From an uncultured Candidatus Saccharibacteria bacterium (GTDB taxonomy: Bacteria; Patescibacteriota; UBA1384; CAILIB01; JAUSJZ01), in assembly GCA_964421635.1 (NCBI GenBank), contig CAYQWZ010000007.1:1-61131 (forward strand): a stretch of DNA of 61,131 nt. The letters are read 5' to 3'. Positions 27,384 through 37,672 of the stretch are shown piece after piece. Under the pieces are notes generated by a model. That model saw only the letters and a list, made by a program, of their open reading frames with translations, searched no databases and was not told the origin of the DNA. Numbering within the stretch: position 1 is the first letter of the stretch; each line of letters opens with the position of its first letter. A program made the position numbers and the translations under genes.

Positions 27384-29061
27384 TAACTTTTACTAAATCT
27401 TGTATATTCAATTGCGCTATCTCCCCTCTAAAATTATTAACTTCTAAATATACTGCTGCTATAATCTTTTCACCAACAGCAAGTCTTAAAGACAAATCTG
27501 CATTAAACCAAACCATTTCAGGATAATTATCGGAAGAAAATATTTTAATATGATTTCTCTCTTGGCCCATATACACTACAGAATCAATTATTGTTTCTAC
27601 TAAAAATAAGGGTTTTTCGTTGTCGACTCCAAATGGTTCTAGTTGAGATAAAAATTTAGCATTCTCTAGACTGCCTTCGTGGTCAAACAACACTGTGTTA
27701 ATATTTAAATAATTTTTTTTAGGATATTTCTCAGTCTGCTGTTGGAGATCTTTGTTGATTAATCTGCAAAACTGACCAACATTGTTTTGACTGACTGTCC
27801 AACCAGCTGCTTGTTTATGGCCACCAAACTTAACTAACAGTTTTGAGTGTTTTTCTATTAGAGATAATAATGATAGATCTGTTGGTGAACGACCTGAACC
27901 CCTTAAATCTTCGCCAACTGGAGTCATTACTAAACAAGGCCAACCAGAATTTTGTGATAGATATGAAGCAATAAGACCAATTACTCCCACCGGAACATTT
28001 TGTATTACAAAAGCAGCGCCACCCTTTGGCACTTTTGTCTCTTTCATAATCTGTTCGGCCTCATTGGCAACAATTTGTTTTCTAACAGAATTTAATTGGT
28101 TCACAATAGCAGCGCTTTCAAAAGCCTGCGAATAGTCATCTGATATTAACATAGTCAAAGCAATGTTTTCAGATTGCATTGTACTGCTATCTACTCGCTC
28201 TTTTTGTAGTCTCGAAGGAGCGTTAATGCGTGGAGCAATACCAAAGGCAATAGAATATGTATTTAGCTTAGATTGTTCTAGGTTAGCCAACTTCATTAAA
28301 GAAGCTAAACCACTATTTTTACTCTTTCTTAAAACTTGTATACCAAAATGTGTCAGCACCCTATTTTCACCAACCAAAGGCATTAGATCTGCTACCGTAG
28401 CCACTGCTACTAAATCTATATTCCATTTTAAGTAAGTATTGTCTAGCTTCATTTCTTCATACAGTGCCCACAATAATTTAAAGGCTACGGCTGTACCAGA
28501 AAGATCACAAAAACCATACTTGGAGTCTTTTCTTTTCGGGTCAATAACCGCTAATGCATCTTTTGGAATATCGTCAATTACTTCGTGATGATCGGTAACA
28601 ATGATATCTACTCCTTGATTTTTAATATATTTAATTTCATCTTTAGCTGTAACGCCTGTATCAACCGTTATCAGCAGCTGGTAATTATTAATATTTATCT
28701 TTATTTTTTCAATGTTAATGCCGTATCCTTCTTCACGAGTAGGAATAATAGCATCTATATTTTTAAAACCAGCATGAGTCAAACCCTTTAATAGCAAGGC
28801 CACACCTGGAATGCCATCGGCATCGTAGTCACCATATATTAATATTTTTTCATTCTTATCTTTCGCTTCGACAAGTCTTTTGACGGCCTTTTTCATATCT
28901 GGCAATTGCCAAGGATCTAAAAAGCCTTTTTCAAAATCAATGTTAATGAAATCTTCCCATTCACTTTTTTTTAAACCATAAGAACTCATTAACCTTGCAG
29001 CAAAGCCTTTTGACTGACTATCAACTTTTAGCTTCCAATTTTTTGGGAGATTATTAAACAT
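27364..29061 (-). CDS. recJ: single-stranded-DNA-specific exonuclease RecJ
   Basis: DHH family motifs (GDYDADG, VDTG, IVTDHH) and DHHA1-like GGHKQAAG. Confidence 0.85.
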   Translation of the reverse strand: MFNNLPKNWKLKVDSQSKGFAARLMSSYGLKKSEWEDFINIDFEKGFLDPWQLPDMKKAVKRLVEAKDKNEKILIYGDYDADGIPGVALLLKGLTHAGFKNIDAIIPTREEGYGINIEKIKININNYQLLITVDTGVTAKDEIKYIKNQGVDIIVTDHHEVIDDIPKDALAVIDPKRKDSKYGFCDLSGTAVAFKLLWALYEEMKLDNTYLKWNIDLVAVATVADLMPLVGENRVLTHFGIQVLRKSKNSGLASLMKLANLEQSKLNTYSIAFGIAPRINAPSRLQKERVDSSTMQSENIALTMLISDDYSQAFESAAIVNQLNSVRKQIVANEAEQIMKETKVPKGGAAFVIQNVPVGVIGLIASYLSQNSGWPCLVMTPVGEDLRGSGRSPTDLSLLSLIEKHSKLLVKFGGHKQAAGWTVSQNNVGQFCRLINKDLQQQTEKYPKKNYLNINTVLFDHEGSLENAKFLSQLEPFGVDNEKPLFLVETIIDSVVYMGQERNHIKIFSSDNYPEMVWFNADLSLRLAVGEKIIAAVYLEVNNFRGEIAQLNIQDLVKVNEKNKD

Positions 29062-29100
29062 GCTCTAAATCTATTATAACAACCAAATATTAACAGAAGA

Positions 29101-29889
29101 TTATCTAATGTAAGCCCATCTATCTACTCTCAAATCTATAAAGGTTCTATCGAAAAGATCAGGACGTAATTGAGAAATTTTTTTTAGTTCTTCAATTTGA
29201 TTAGCCACATCTGACAAAATATTAAAACGAACGCGCGTGCCATTATTTAAAATTAAATCTAAATCATATACCGTTTCTTCAACTTCAAAAAAATCTATTC
29301 TTCCTTCGTATATTTCAGATAACTTCTCTTGCATAATCATAAAGGATCTTAAGAAACTTCTAGGCACCACTGGTTCACCCACCTGAACATCTAATGCTGC
29401 TACATCCACTACTCGGTATATATCAGACTTGACTTCACCATTTGTTTTTTTATACGCAATGCCCGACTGGTTAACATAAAACTTTCTATTTTCAGATTGC
29501 CAAACAAGAACTGGTTTATGTTCAGTTACTATGATGCGAACAATGTTTGGCAAAACTCGCACCAGCCGAACATCATAAATTTCATTATTGCTTTTCATTT
29601 TTGACACAATCTCTGATGTTTCAATGAGAAAAATGTTTTTGCCTTCGATATCTACATCCTCTAAAATTTCTTTTTCAGACAGCTCAACATTATTCTCAAC
29701 ACTCACTACTGTAACTGTAAAGATGTTAGAAAAAAATACATACCAAACAGCAACGATAAAAACTAAAAATAACATTACAATTAACAGCTGCTGCCACCAA
29801 CGCAACCTTGAGCCTACAGCTTCAATTTGTGATGAATAGAAACTATTCTGTTTGCGAAAAAAACTATTTCTCCGTCGACGATTTATCAT
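29101..29889 (-). CDS. ftsQ: cell division protein FtsQ-like (POTRA)
   Basis: Basic N-terminus, single TM, POTRA-like domain; sits at the end of the mur cluster. Confidence 0.6.
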   Translation of the reverse strand: MINRRRRNSFFRKQNSFYSSQIEAVGSRLRWWQQLLIVMLFLVFIVAVWYVFFSNIFTVTVVSVENNVELSEKEILEDVDIEGKNIFLIETSEIVSKMKSNNEIYDVRLVRVLPNIVRIIVTEHKPVLVWQSENRKFYVNQSGIAYKKTNGEVKSDIYRVVDVAALDVQVGEPVVPRSFLRSFMIMQEKLSEIYEGRIDFFEVEETVYDLDLILNNGTRVRFNILSDVANQIEELKKISQLRPDLFDRTFIDLRVDRWAYIR

Positions 29890-30847
29890 TAAATTCCCCT
29901 ACTAATTCAACTTCTAAAGTTAGCTCTTCGCCAAACTTTTCTTTAACCTGCTCTTGAGCTTGCTTAATTAATTTATAGATATCTGAAGCTTTAGCATTGT
30001 CTTTATTATAAATATAATTGGCATGTTTACGCGATACTGCTGCTCCTCCTTCTTTTATTTTTTTAACTCCTGCTTCATCTAATAGTTTTCCGGCTGCTCG
30101 CTCTGGGTCGTCTGAAGGATTCTTAAAGATACAACCAGCACAATTTAACCCTGTTGGCTGCCAACCATGCTTGGTAGTAGTTCCTTTTATCACTCCCCCT
30201 CTTCTGTGTCCTAAAAATTCTTTCGTCCGCTCCATTATTACTTCTCGCCTAGCTGGGTAGAGCTGCAATCTAATAGAAATTAAAACAGGAGGATACTGCT
30301 CATTTTTTTTATCTCTTTTTAATTTTGATTGACGATACCGATATTCGAACCAATCCTTCTTTTTACGAACTACTACCGGTCTTGAGCCGTCCTTGACCAT
30401 TAACAAAATGACATCTTTGATAATTTCTTTCGTTTCGTACCCCCTCAAGCCTGCGTTACCGTAAACTGCGCCACCAATTGTTCCTGGTATACCGAATAAA
30501 TATTCAGCCCCCGAAAGAGAATTAGAGGCAGCCACAGACGCAACTTTACCACTTTTTACACCACTATCTGTTTGAATTATGGAATGGCTCTCATCAACTA
30601 AAATCTCCTTAGATTCATTTTTAACTACTAATCCGTCAAACCCAGTGTCGCTAATAATTATGTTGCTTCCACCACCTAAAATAAAATACGATATTTTTTC
30701 TTCTACAGCTTGGCTAACAGCCTGTACCAACTCAACTGCGCTTTTTGCCACATAATAATATTTTGCAACTCCACCAACTTTCATAGTTGTTTTATCTTTT
30801 AATATAACATTGCGCTCGAACTCAATTTTTTCTGTTTTTTTATTCAA
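29864..30847 (-). CDS. murB: UDP-N-acetylenolpyruvoylglucosamine reductase
   Basis: TMKVGGVAKYY ... ILGGGSNIIISD FAD-binding pattern, with cluster context. Confidence 0.85.
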   Translation of the reverse strand: MNKKTEKIEFERNVILKDKTTMKVGGVAKYYYVAKSAVELVQAVSQAVEEKISYFILGGGSNIIISDTGFDGLVVKNESKEILVDESHSIIQTDSGVKSGKVASVAASNSLSGAEYLFGIPGTIGGAVYGNAGLRGYETKEIIKDVILLMVKDGSRPVVVRKKKDWFEYRYRQSKLKRDKKNEQYPPVLISIRLQLYPARREVIMERTKEFLGHRRGGVIKGTTTKHGWQPTGLNCAGCIFKNPSDDPERAAGKLLDEAGVKKIKEGGAAVSRKHANYIYNKDNAKASDIYKLIKQAQEQVKEKFGEELTLEVELVGEFNDKSSTEK

Positions 30848-32114
30848 GAGCTTTTTTTACTTTTTCGTTGATGTCTCCTGCCCCCACCACCAATAAAGCT
30901 TTGTAATCTTTAAGCTGGTCAACAAATTCTTTAATCTTTGGCTCCTTAATTAAGCTTATCTTCACACTTAAATCGGCAATATCGTCACTTTGAATGTCAA
31001 TATCTTCTTCTCTTCCAACAACCTCATATATTGGCATTACTGCTGCTTTGTCTGCTAAATCTAACGCTGAGGCAAAATCAGATATGAACTGTTTGGTACG
31101 CACCCGTTGATGAGGCTGAAATATGACAGCAATTTTGCCTTGATGTTTTTTTTGGGCTGCTTTTATGACCGCTCTTATTTCTGTAGGATGATGAGCAAAA
31201 TCGTCATATATTCTCATACCATTGTAATCCATCATAAATTCAAAGCGACGCCCCACTCCTTGAAAATTTTTAAGCGCTTTTTTTATTAACTTTTTTTCAA
31301 CACCAAGTGAATGACAAACATGAAAAGCGGCTTGAGCGTTGAGCTGCATATGAACACCCGGAATTGAGACTTCAATACCTGGTACTAAATTATCTTCGGA
31401 ATAGTATTTGATATCTGTTTTTAATTGTTTCAAGGCCAGACGAATGTTTTTATCTTTTCCGTAAGCAATTATTTTTCCATTACGGCTTTTAGAAAGCTTG
31501 GCGAATTTACGAAATCCTTTTATATATAAATCTAGATTTTTATAGGTGTCAGGATGATCGAAGTCAATATTGGTAATAACAGAAATTGTCGGTCGGCTAG
31601 CATGAAAGGCCTTATCATACTCATCGGCCTCTAACACCACAACATCTTTTGAGCCAACGCGCACTGTTCCTTTAAAATCTGGAACAAATCCACCGATCAT
31701 TACTGTCGGGTCAAGCCCAGCCTCAGCTAACACATAGCCAATCATTGCGGTAGTTGAAGTTTTACCATGTGAGCCGGCCACAGCCACAGCCCGTTTGGCT
31801 TCTCCCATTATTCTTTTCCACCAGACTGTTCTTTTATAAACAGGAATTTTGAGTTTCTTGGCCGCTTCAATTTCAGCCGCGCCTGGCCCATTCATTACAG
31901 CTGAGCTAATAACAACTTCATCAATTTCAGCGCTAATGTTACTGCCTTTTTGACCAATATTAATTTTAATACCTAGCTTTCGTAGCTTCTTAGTGATCTT
32001 TGTCTCAACTACATCACTACCCGTTACATTGAAACCACGGGCTAGTAATATTTGAGCTATACCATTAAGTGAACCTCCATTAATACCTATAAAATAAATA
32101 TTTTTAGCGGGCAT
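30840..32114 (-). CDS. murC: UDP-N-acetylmuramate--L-alanine ligase
   Basis: IGINGGSLNGIAQILLARGFNVTGSD, AVAGSHGKTSTTAM (Mur ligase P-loop). Confidence 0.85.
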   Translation of the reverse strand: MPAKNIYFIGINGGSLNGIAQILLARGFNVTGSDVVETKITKKLRKLGIKINIGQKGSNISAEIDEVVISSAVMNGPGAAEIEAAKKLKIPVYKRTVWWKRIMGEAKRAVAVAGSHGKTSTTAMIGYVLAEAGLDPTVMIGGFVPDFKGTVRVGSKDVVVLEADEYDKAFHASRPTISVITNIDFDHPDTYKNLDLYIKGFRKFAKLSKSRNGKIIAYGKDKNIRLALKQLKTDIKYYSEDNLVPGIEVSIPGVHMQLNAQAAFHVCHSLGVEKKLIKKALKNFQGVGRRFEFMMDYNGMRIYDDFAHHPTEIRAVIKAAQKKHQGKIAVIFQPHQRVRTKQFISDFASALDLADKAAVMPIYEVVGREEDIDIQSDDIADLSVKISLIKEPKIKEFVDQLKDYKALLVVGAGDINEKVKKALE

Positions 32115-33246
32115 TTTTGATAATTATTTTGGCAACTTTTTTTGCTCCTTTAGAATCTCGCATCTTCTTCATTCCAGCTTCCATTTTGGCTAGGATTTTA
32201 GGGCTGTTATGCAGCTTGACTATTAAATCCAACAATTTCTTTGAAGTTAAGCTCTCTTCTTTTAAAATTTTTACTCCGCCCTTTTCCTCGAACACTCTGG
32301 CATTTCTTAATTGATGACCACCAGCGCTTGAAGCTAGGGGAATAAGGATTGTCGGTTTTTTGAATAGGGCAATTTCACTAACAATAGAGCCTGCTCGACT
32401 AATAACTAACTCTGACATTTTTAACACAGCTGCTAACTGATTTACATTTAAAAGGTCAATAGGGAAGTACCTCTTTTGTTCTTTTAAACTCATTTCCAGC
32501 CGTTTACCATTTAGCCATTCAATATCTCCTGCTCCAGTTTGATGTACGACAACATATTCTTCTGCTAGCACCCCAAGTAGAGAAACGATAATTTCATTAA
32601 TTCTATGAGAGCCCTGACTCCCCCCTAGCACTAATAATACTGGTTTGTCTACTATTAATTCGCGACCTCCCAATTTGATATCTTGCTTCACAGTTTTTTG
32701 TAAAGCCTTATAAATTAATTCTTCACGAATCAAATTGCCTGTTTGTACTAATTTGGTTTTATTTATTCCTCTGTAATATTCAGCTGGATAAGCCGTACAG
32801 ATCTTGACTGCTTTTTTGGAATTCATTTTATTAGCTAGGCCCATTACTACATCTGACTCATGAGTAACAATTGGAATTCTTTTTGCTCTAGCAGCCATCA
32901 CTACAGGAACGCTGACGAATCCTCCTTTAGCAAAAATTATATCTGCCTCAAATTCATTAAAAAATCTCTTGGCCTGATAGTATCCTTTAAAAACCTTCAC
33001 GACATCTTTAAAATTATCTACTGACCAGTAGCGTCGCAATTTTCCAGCTTCAATGGTTTTAGTTTTAACTTCATACTTTTTAAGAGTTTTTATGTCCTTG
33101 CTTTCAATATCTTCTTTAGTACCTAAATAGTATGCCTCAACTGCAACTTGCTGCGCCAACGCTTGGTGAACAGCAATAAGTGGCGCTCTATGACCACTGG
33201 TACCACCTCCTGTATAAACAATTTTTAGTTTCTTTGTCTTAACCAT
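32104..33246 (-). CDS. murG: undecaprenyldiphospho-muramoylpentapeptide beta-N-acetylglucosaminyltransferase
   Basis: TGGGTSGHRAPLIAV N-terminal motif; GT28 layout; cluster context. Confidence 0.85.
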   Translation of the reverse strand: MVKTKKLKIVYTGGGTSGHRAPLIAVHQALAQQVAVEAYYLGTKEDIESKDIKTLKKYEVKTKTIEAGKLRRYWSVDNFKDVVKVFKGYYQAKRFFNEFEADIIFAKGGFVSVPVVMAARAKRIPIVTHESDVVMGLANKMNSKKAVKICTAYPAEYYRGINKTKLVQTGNLIREELIYKALQKTVKQDIKLGGRELIVDKPVLLVLGGSQGSHRINEIIVSLLGVLAEEYVVVHQTGAGDIEWLNGKRLEMSLKEQKRYFPIDLLNVNQLAAVLKMSELVISRAGSIVSEIALFKKPTILIPLASSAGGHQLRNARVFEEKGGVKILKEESLTSKKLLDLIVKLHNSPKILAKMEAGMKKMRDSKGAKKVAKIIIKNAR

Positions 33247-34345
33247 TCTTGTATTTACTAATATTTAGTACCACTCCAATTGCAGTCATTAATACTAACA
33301 AACTGGTTCCTCCATAGCTAATAAATGGAAGGGGAACTCCGGTTAGCGGAACCATACCAATCATAGCACCTATATTTAATAATGACTGCCAAAATAGCCA
33401 GCCCATTATGCCCACTAAAACTAGTCTGGCGTATTTATCTTCAATTTTGGCAGCAATAGAAAGCCCACGCCAAATAAAGTAGAAGATGGCTATTAAAATT
33501 ATAGCGGCTCTAATAAAACCTAGCTCTTCGACTATTACAGCAAAAATGGAGTCGTTATGAGGCGCGGGTAGAAACAACCTTTTTTGGCGGGAATTACCAA
33601 GACCCAGACCCCACCAAGAGCCCGAGCCGACCGTAATAGCGATGTTTCGAAGGTGATATCCGGCACCTTCAATATCTGAGTTAGGATTCAAAAATGTTAA
33701 AATTCGTTGCACTCGATATGATTCGGCTGAAATATAATAGAAAGCCGCTAATCCTCCCATACCCATAAAGGATAATAAATGGGTCATACTCATGCCAGCC
33801 ACAAAGTACATTGTAAAAGCAATAGCCACAATAATACTTAGTGTTCCAAAGTCAGGCTGAAGCATAATTAAAACAGCTAAAATGCCCACAATAAACAAGA
33901 ATGTAACAAAAGTAGTATAGTGCTTGATTACTTTCTCCCGTTTCTCTAGCCAAGCCGCAAAGAAAAGAATAAATGTCAGCTTAGCCAGTTCTGAGGTCTG
34001 AAAAGAGAATAATCCTAAATCAACCCAGCTTTTTACTCCTTCGGAGTTAGGAAAGACTAGAGGCATAAACAATAATAAAATAGTTGCATAAAACAGGAGG
34101 GCTGCCAGTTTACGCCAACGCTCGTAGTGAAATCCGGAGAAGACAATCATTGAAATCAAACCAAGCGCAAACCATAAAGCCTGTTTCTTTACATAATGAT
34201 TAGGATCACCAAACTCTTCAATGCCAATATTGACAGAAGCTGAGTGCACCATAATAATGCCAATAAAAGCCAGCAAAATTGTTAAATAAAGCAATCTTGT
34301 GTCTGGCTGCCGAATAGCAAAGAATTTGCGTTTATTCTCCATCAA
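33239..34345 (-). CDS. ftsW: SEDS family lipid II polymerase/flippase FtsW
   Basis: About 10 TM; QPDFGT, PAPHNDSIFAV, PFISYGGTS motifs. Confidence 0.85.
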   Translation of the reverse strand: MMENKRKFFAIRQPDTRLLYLTILLAFIGIIMVHSASVNIGIEEFGDPNHYVKKQALWFALGLISMIVFSGFHYERWRKLAALLFYATILLLFMPLVFPNSEGVKSWVDLGLFSFQTSELAKLTFILFFAAWLEKREKVIKHYTTFVTFLFIVGILAVLIMLQPDFGTLSIIVAIAFTMYFVAGMSMTHLLSFMGMGGLAAFYYISAESYRVQRILTFLNPNSDIEGAGYHLRNIAITVGSGSWWGLGLGNSRQKRLFLPAPHNDSIFAVIVEELGFIRAAIILIAIFYFIWRGLSIAAKIEDKYARLVLVGIMGWLFWQSLLNIGAMIGMVPLTGVPLPFISYGGTSLLVLMTAIGVVLNISKYKNG

Positions 34346-35717
34346 TCATTTTTTTATTTTTTAAAACCCGATTTTTAAAATCTTCTCCCCGTTCAGCATA
34401 ATTTTTGTACATATCAAAACTGGCCGTAGCAGGTGATAGCAACACTACATCTCCCGCTTTTACTTGAGGCAAAATTGATCGAATAGCCTCTTCCATATTG
34501 ACTGCTATTTTTTTTCTTTTTTTAATGTGTTTAGCAATCTGCTTCGCGTCTCGCCCCAAAAGCGTGACACTCTGACATTTGTTATCTATTGTTTTGCCTA
34601 ACTGCTTATAATCTGCACCTTTAGACGCACCACCAACAATTAGGTGAATGGGTGAGTTTGCGAAGGATTCAATAGCAGCCATGGTGGATTCGGGCGTAGT
34701 CGCAATAGAATCATCAATGAATTTAACCCCCTTGATTTCAGCCACCTTCTGTAGTCGATGGGGAAGTCCAGAGAAAGACTTGGCACCAGCACTGATAGCT
34801 TTGCGCGAAGCACCAAGTAAATAGGCGGCCAAAGCGGCGGCGGCGGCATTCTCAATGTTATGATCTCCGGGAATTGCTAAATCCTTTGATTTCAAAAGAG
34901 GTTCACTCTCGCCTGTTATATAAATATTCTTATCATTTTGCGACACATAAGCTCCTCGATCAACTTGCGAAGTTCTGGAAAATGTATAAAGCTCGGCCTT
35001 AGTTAAAGATTTGAAGGATTGCAAATGTTTGCTCTCATGGTGCAAGATTGCGATATCCTTCTTCGTTTGATTACGCATTAAATAGCTCTTGGCGGCCACA
35101 TATTCATGAATGTTCTTATGATAATCGAGATGGTCAGGCGATAAAGAAAGAATAATGGCTACTTTGGGTCGAATTTTGCTTAAAAATAATTGAAAACTTG
35201 AAAGCTCTAAAATGACTAAATCGCCTTTCGTAATTTTTTCTAAAAATTCGAACGGATCTTTGCCAATATTTCCCGCTAAAAAAATAGTTTCAAATGGGTG
35301 AGTGCTACTCCCCTCTTTCATCATCGAAAAAAGTAAGCTCGCCGTGGTGCCCTTCCCTTTGGTGCCCGTGATGCCCACAATGGGCGCCGGACACAGTGAA
35401 AAGAATAATTCAGTCTGCGAAGTTAAGATTGCCCCACCCTTCGTCTGGGCCTCTACTATTGCCGGATGGTCTGGTCGAATACCTGGCGTTCTGAAAATAT
35501 AATGAAAATCGACTAAATTAGAAAACGCCTCTTTGCCCAACCTCCACTCAACTTTTTTCTTCAATTTAGGTGCTGCCTCAATCGCCTTTTCGTTCTCATC
35601 ACAAACAGTCACTTCTATTCCTTTGGAAACCAACCAATAGGTTAAAGATTGATTATTTACTCCAAAGCCTAAAATCGCAACCTTTTTATCTTTCAGGTCA
35701 CTTAAATTAATCGACAT
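34332..35717 (-). CDS. murD: UDP-N-acetylmuramoylalanine--D-glutamate ligase
   Basis: N-terminal Rossmann ILGFGVNN; GITGTKGKGTTASL P-loop; cluster context. Confidence 0.85.
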   Translation of the reverse strand: MSINLSDLKDKKVAILGFGVNNQSLTYWLVSKGIEVTVCDENEKAIEAAPKLKKKVEWRLGKEAFSNLVDFHYIFRTPGIRPDHPAIVEAQTKGGAILTSQTELFFSLCPAPIVGITGTKGKGTTASLLFSMMKEGSSTHPFETIFLAGNIGKDPFEFLEKITKGDLVILELSSFQLFLSKIRPKVAIILSLSPDHLDYHKNIHEYVAAKSYLMRNQTKKDIAILHHESKHLQSFKSLTKAELYTFSRTSQVDRGAYVSQNDKNIYITGESEPLLKSKDLAIPGDHNIENAAAAALAAYLLGASRKAISAGAKSFSGLPHRLQKVAEIKGVKFIDDSIATTPESTMAAIESFANSPIHLIVGGASKGADYKQLGKTIDNKCQSVTLLGRDAKQIAKHIKKRKKIAVNMEEAIRSILPQVKAGDVVLLSPATASFDMYKNYAERGEDFKNRVLKNKKMIDGE

Positions 35718-35750
35718 AACTCTATTTTAGATCAATTTCCCTCTTTTGGC

Positions 35751-35779
35751 TTGCACATAACTATATTAGCTTCTAGAAT
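35751..35779 (+). promoter_or_regulatory. sigma70-like promoter
   Basis: TTGCAC-17 nt-TAGAAT. The track ORF 'start' at 35751 is this -35 box. Confidence 0.5.
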
Positions 35780-35816
35780 ACATTTAGCTCATACGACAAC
35801 GAACAAGGAGGACCGA

Positions 35817-36947
35817 ATGAGCCCTGCACCTGAAAATGCCACCGAGTATGACCCCCAGCTTCACCGTTGGCCTCACTGTGTTTCAGCTCATCAGATTACA
35901 CGCAGCGTTTTTGAGTTAATTCAAAAACGAGCTGCTCAAATGCTAGACCAGCTTGAAAAACGCGACTGGTCACGAATGCATGGAGAGCTATTTGATAATA
36001 TTCCGCGGCAATCTCTAGCCAACACCATTACTGCTGGTCTTATCTTAGAGCCTTCAACTCGTACACAAACCAGCTTTAATGTTGCCGCGGCCAGACTGGG
36101 TTCCTCCCCTCAAGTACAGATGATTGACCCTGCTAGAACTTCAATGGGTAAAGCTGAGCGCTGGGATACGACCGTTAGAGTTCTGTGCCAATATCACCCT
36201 GATGCTTTTGTGTTGAGAACTCCCCATGTCGAACAGGCTTATCAGGCTGCTGCCCTGTTTGGTGACTATACAGGCAGCCACCATCCGAATACCGATAAGA
36301 GCTGGGGAGTATTCATTAACGCCGGCAATGGGTCTGATCAGCACCCCACTCAAGCTCTGCTAGATATGTTTGCCATACACAAAGTGTGCGGTACCATTAA
36401 TGGCTTGCGTATTTTGATTGCTGGCGACATTGGTCGTGCCAGAACAGTCAATTCACTACTGATTGCCCTAGCTCAAGCAGCCATTGACTCCACCATTGTC
36501 ATAGTCGCCCCCGTCATTGACGGCTATGAACTATCGCCTCCCGCGCATGTAATGCACAAGCTTGACGAGGCAAACCTAAACGTTCAGGTTGCTCAAGTAA
36601 GAACCAGAGATGAGTTTGTTGACTTAGCGAGACAGGCTGACGTTGGCTACTGGACCAGACTGCAAGTTGAGCGTTATAGAGACGAATTGCCACCCAGCTT
36701 CGCTGCAGCCAATGCAAGTCTAATACAGCTTTCACCCGAACTGCTTGACCAAACTGAAATCTTGGCTTTTCATCCTATGCCCTATACAGATGAGGTCTGC
36801 CGAGAAGTCGAAGGGCACCACCAAGTCATGTTTCTGAAACAGGCCGGATGGGGCGTTCCCGTTCGCATGGCTCTACTAGAGCTTGCTATCTTACACCCGA
36901 AACAATTACGAGATGCCTTCGAACAAGATACGAGAGAGTCAGCGTAA
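35817..36947 (+). CDS. aspartate/ornithine carbamoyltransferase family protein (ATCase-like)
   Basis: STRTQTSF (STRTR motif), HPTQALLD, FHPMPYTDEV (compare HPLPRvdEI of ATCase). ATG lies 6 nt after AAGGAGG. Higher GC than the flanking mur genes. Confidence 0.65.
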   Translation: MSPAPENATEYDPQLHRWPHCVSAHQITRSVFELIQKRAAQMLDQLEKRDWSRMHGELFDNIPRQSLANTITAGLILEPSTRTQTSFNVAAARLGSSPQVQMIDPARTSMGKAERWDTTVRVLCQYHPDAFVLRTPHVEQAYQAAALFGDYTGSHHPNTDKSWGVFINAGNGSDQHPTQALLDMFAIHKVCGTINGLRILIAGDIGRARTVNSLLIALAQAAIDSTIVIVAPVIDGYELSPPAHVMHKLDEANLNVQVAQVRTRDEFVDLARQADVGYWTRLQVERYRDELPPSFAAANASLIQLSPELLDQTEILAFHPMPYTDEVCREVEGHHQVMFLKQAGWGVPVRMALLELAILHPKQLRDAFEQDTRESA

Positions 36948-36974
36948 ACAAACGCTTGTCTGCAATCTTCTCTA

Positions 36975-37002
36975 CCGCACCCATACTGGGGGCGGTTTTT
37001 TT
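36975..37002 (+). terminator. intrinsic terminator
   Basis: ccgcaccc-atact-gggggcgg (one mismatch) followed by TTTTTTT. Confidence 0.5.
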
Positions 37003-37052
37003 ATTGACTGTTAAAAATAATCAATGTAACCTGTACCTAGAGGAGAACACTA

Positions 37053-37649
37053 ATGGCAAGTCTAGCGGCTGGTATCGAAAGTGGGCTCAAAGGTGAGCTA
37101 CTTGTTAAAGAGTTATTGATAAGGTTTTTGTCAGACTTTATTGCTTGTTTACAACAAAAACGACCTCTAGCACAACAAATAGCAAGCATGCAAGGAACGC
37201 TTAGACAATTCGCTAGCTCTGTTGATAATTCTCTTTCCACATTCACTGAAAGCATTCCTGGCTCTTTGGTTGAACGCGATGTTTTGGCCGACCTCGAAGA
37301 GCTAAGAGCGAAGAACATTGATACTTGGCTTTACTACCTAGGACTAGCCATTGAGGCTGACTTACTTGACAGACTTCAGCCACTATCACCCTTCCCAATC
37401 TGTGCCCACATCATAATCTTGGTCGATTACGGTCCCGTCGACCATAAACTGGGCAAGCCGTTTGAAAATATGCTAGCAGAAGGCTTACCTAGATATTCCT
37501 GGAACAACGATTTTCTGGCACAGAACTCGAGACTTTACGTAATCGTTCTGCCAGATTTTGTCTATTTAGATGTCGGCAGAGGTACATATTCCCTAAGCCG
37601 CCCAAATGAACTCAGAAGAAACAACCGGCCAATCCCACCGCCCTCTTAA
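37053..37649 (+). CDS. hypothetical protein
   Basis: 198-aa ORF preceded by TTGACT-17-TAACCT (37005-37033) and GAGGAG; no motif. Confidence 0.45.
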   Translation: MASLAAGIESGLKGELLVKELLIRFLSDFIACLQQKRPLAQQIASMQGTLRQFASSVDNSLSTFTESIPGSLVERDVLADLEELRAKNIDTWLYYLGLAIEADLLDRLQPLSPFPICAHIIILVDYGPVDHKLGKPFENMLAEGLPRYSWNNDFLAQNSRLYVIVLPDFVYLDVGRGTYSLSRPNELRRNNRPIPPPS

Positions 37650-37664
37650 ATGAGGGCGTTTTTT
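37639..37664 (+). terminator. intrinsic terminator
   Basis: cgccctc-ttaaat-gagggcg followed by TTTTTT; the stop codon lies in the loop. Confidence 0.6.
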
Positions 37665-37672
37665 AAAGCGGA

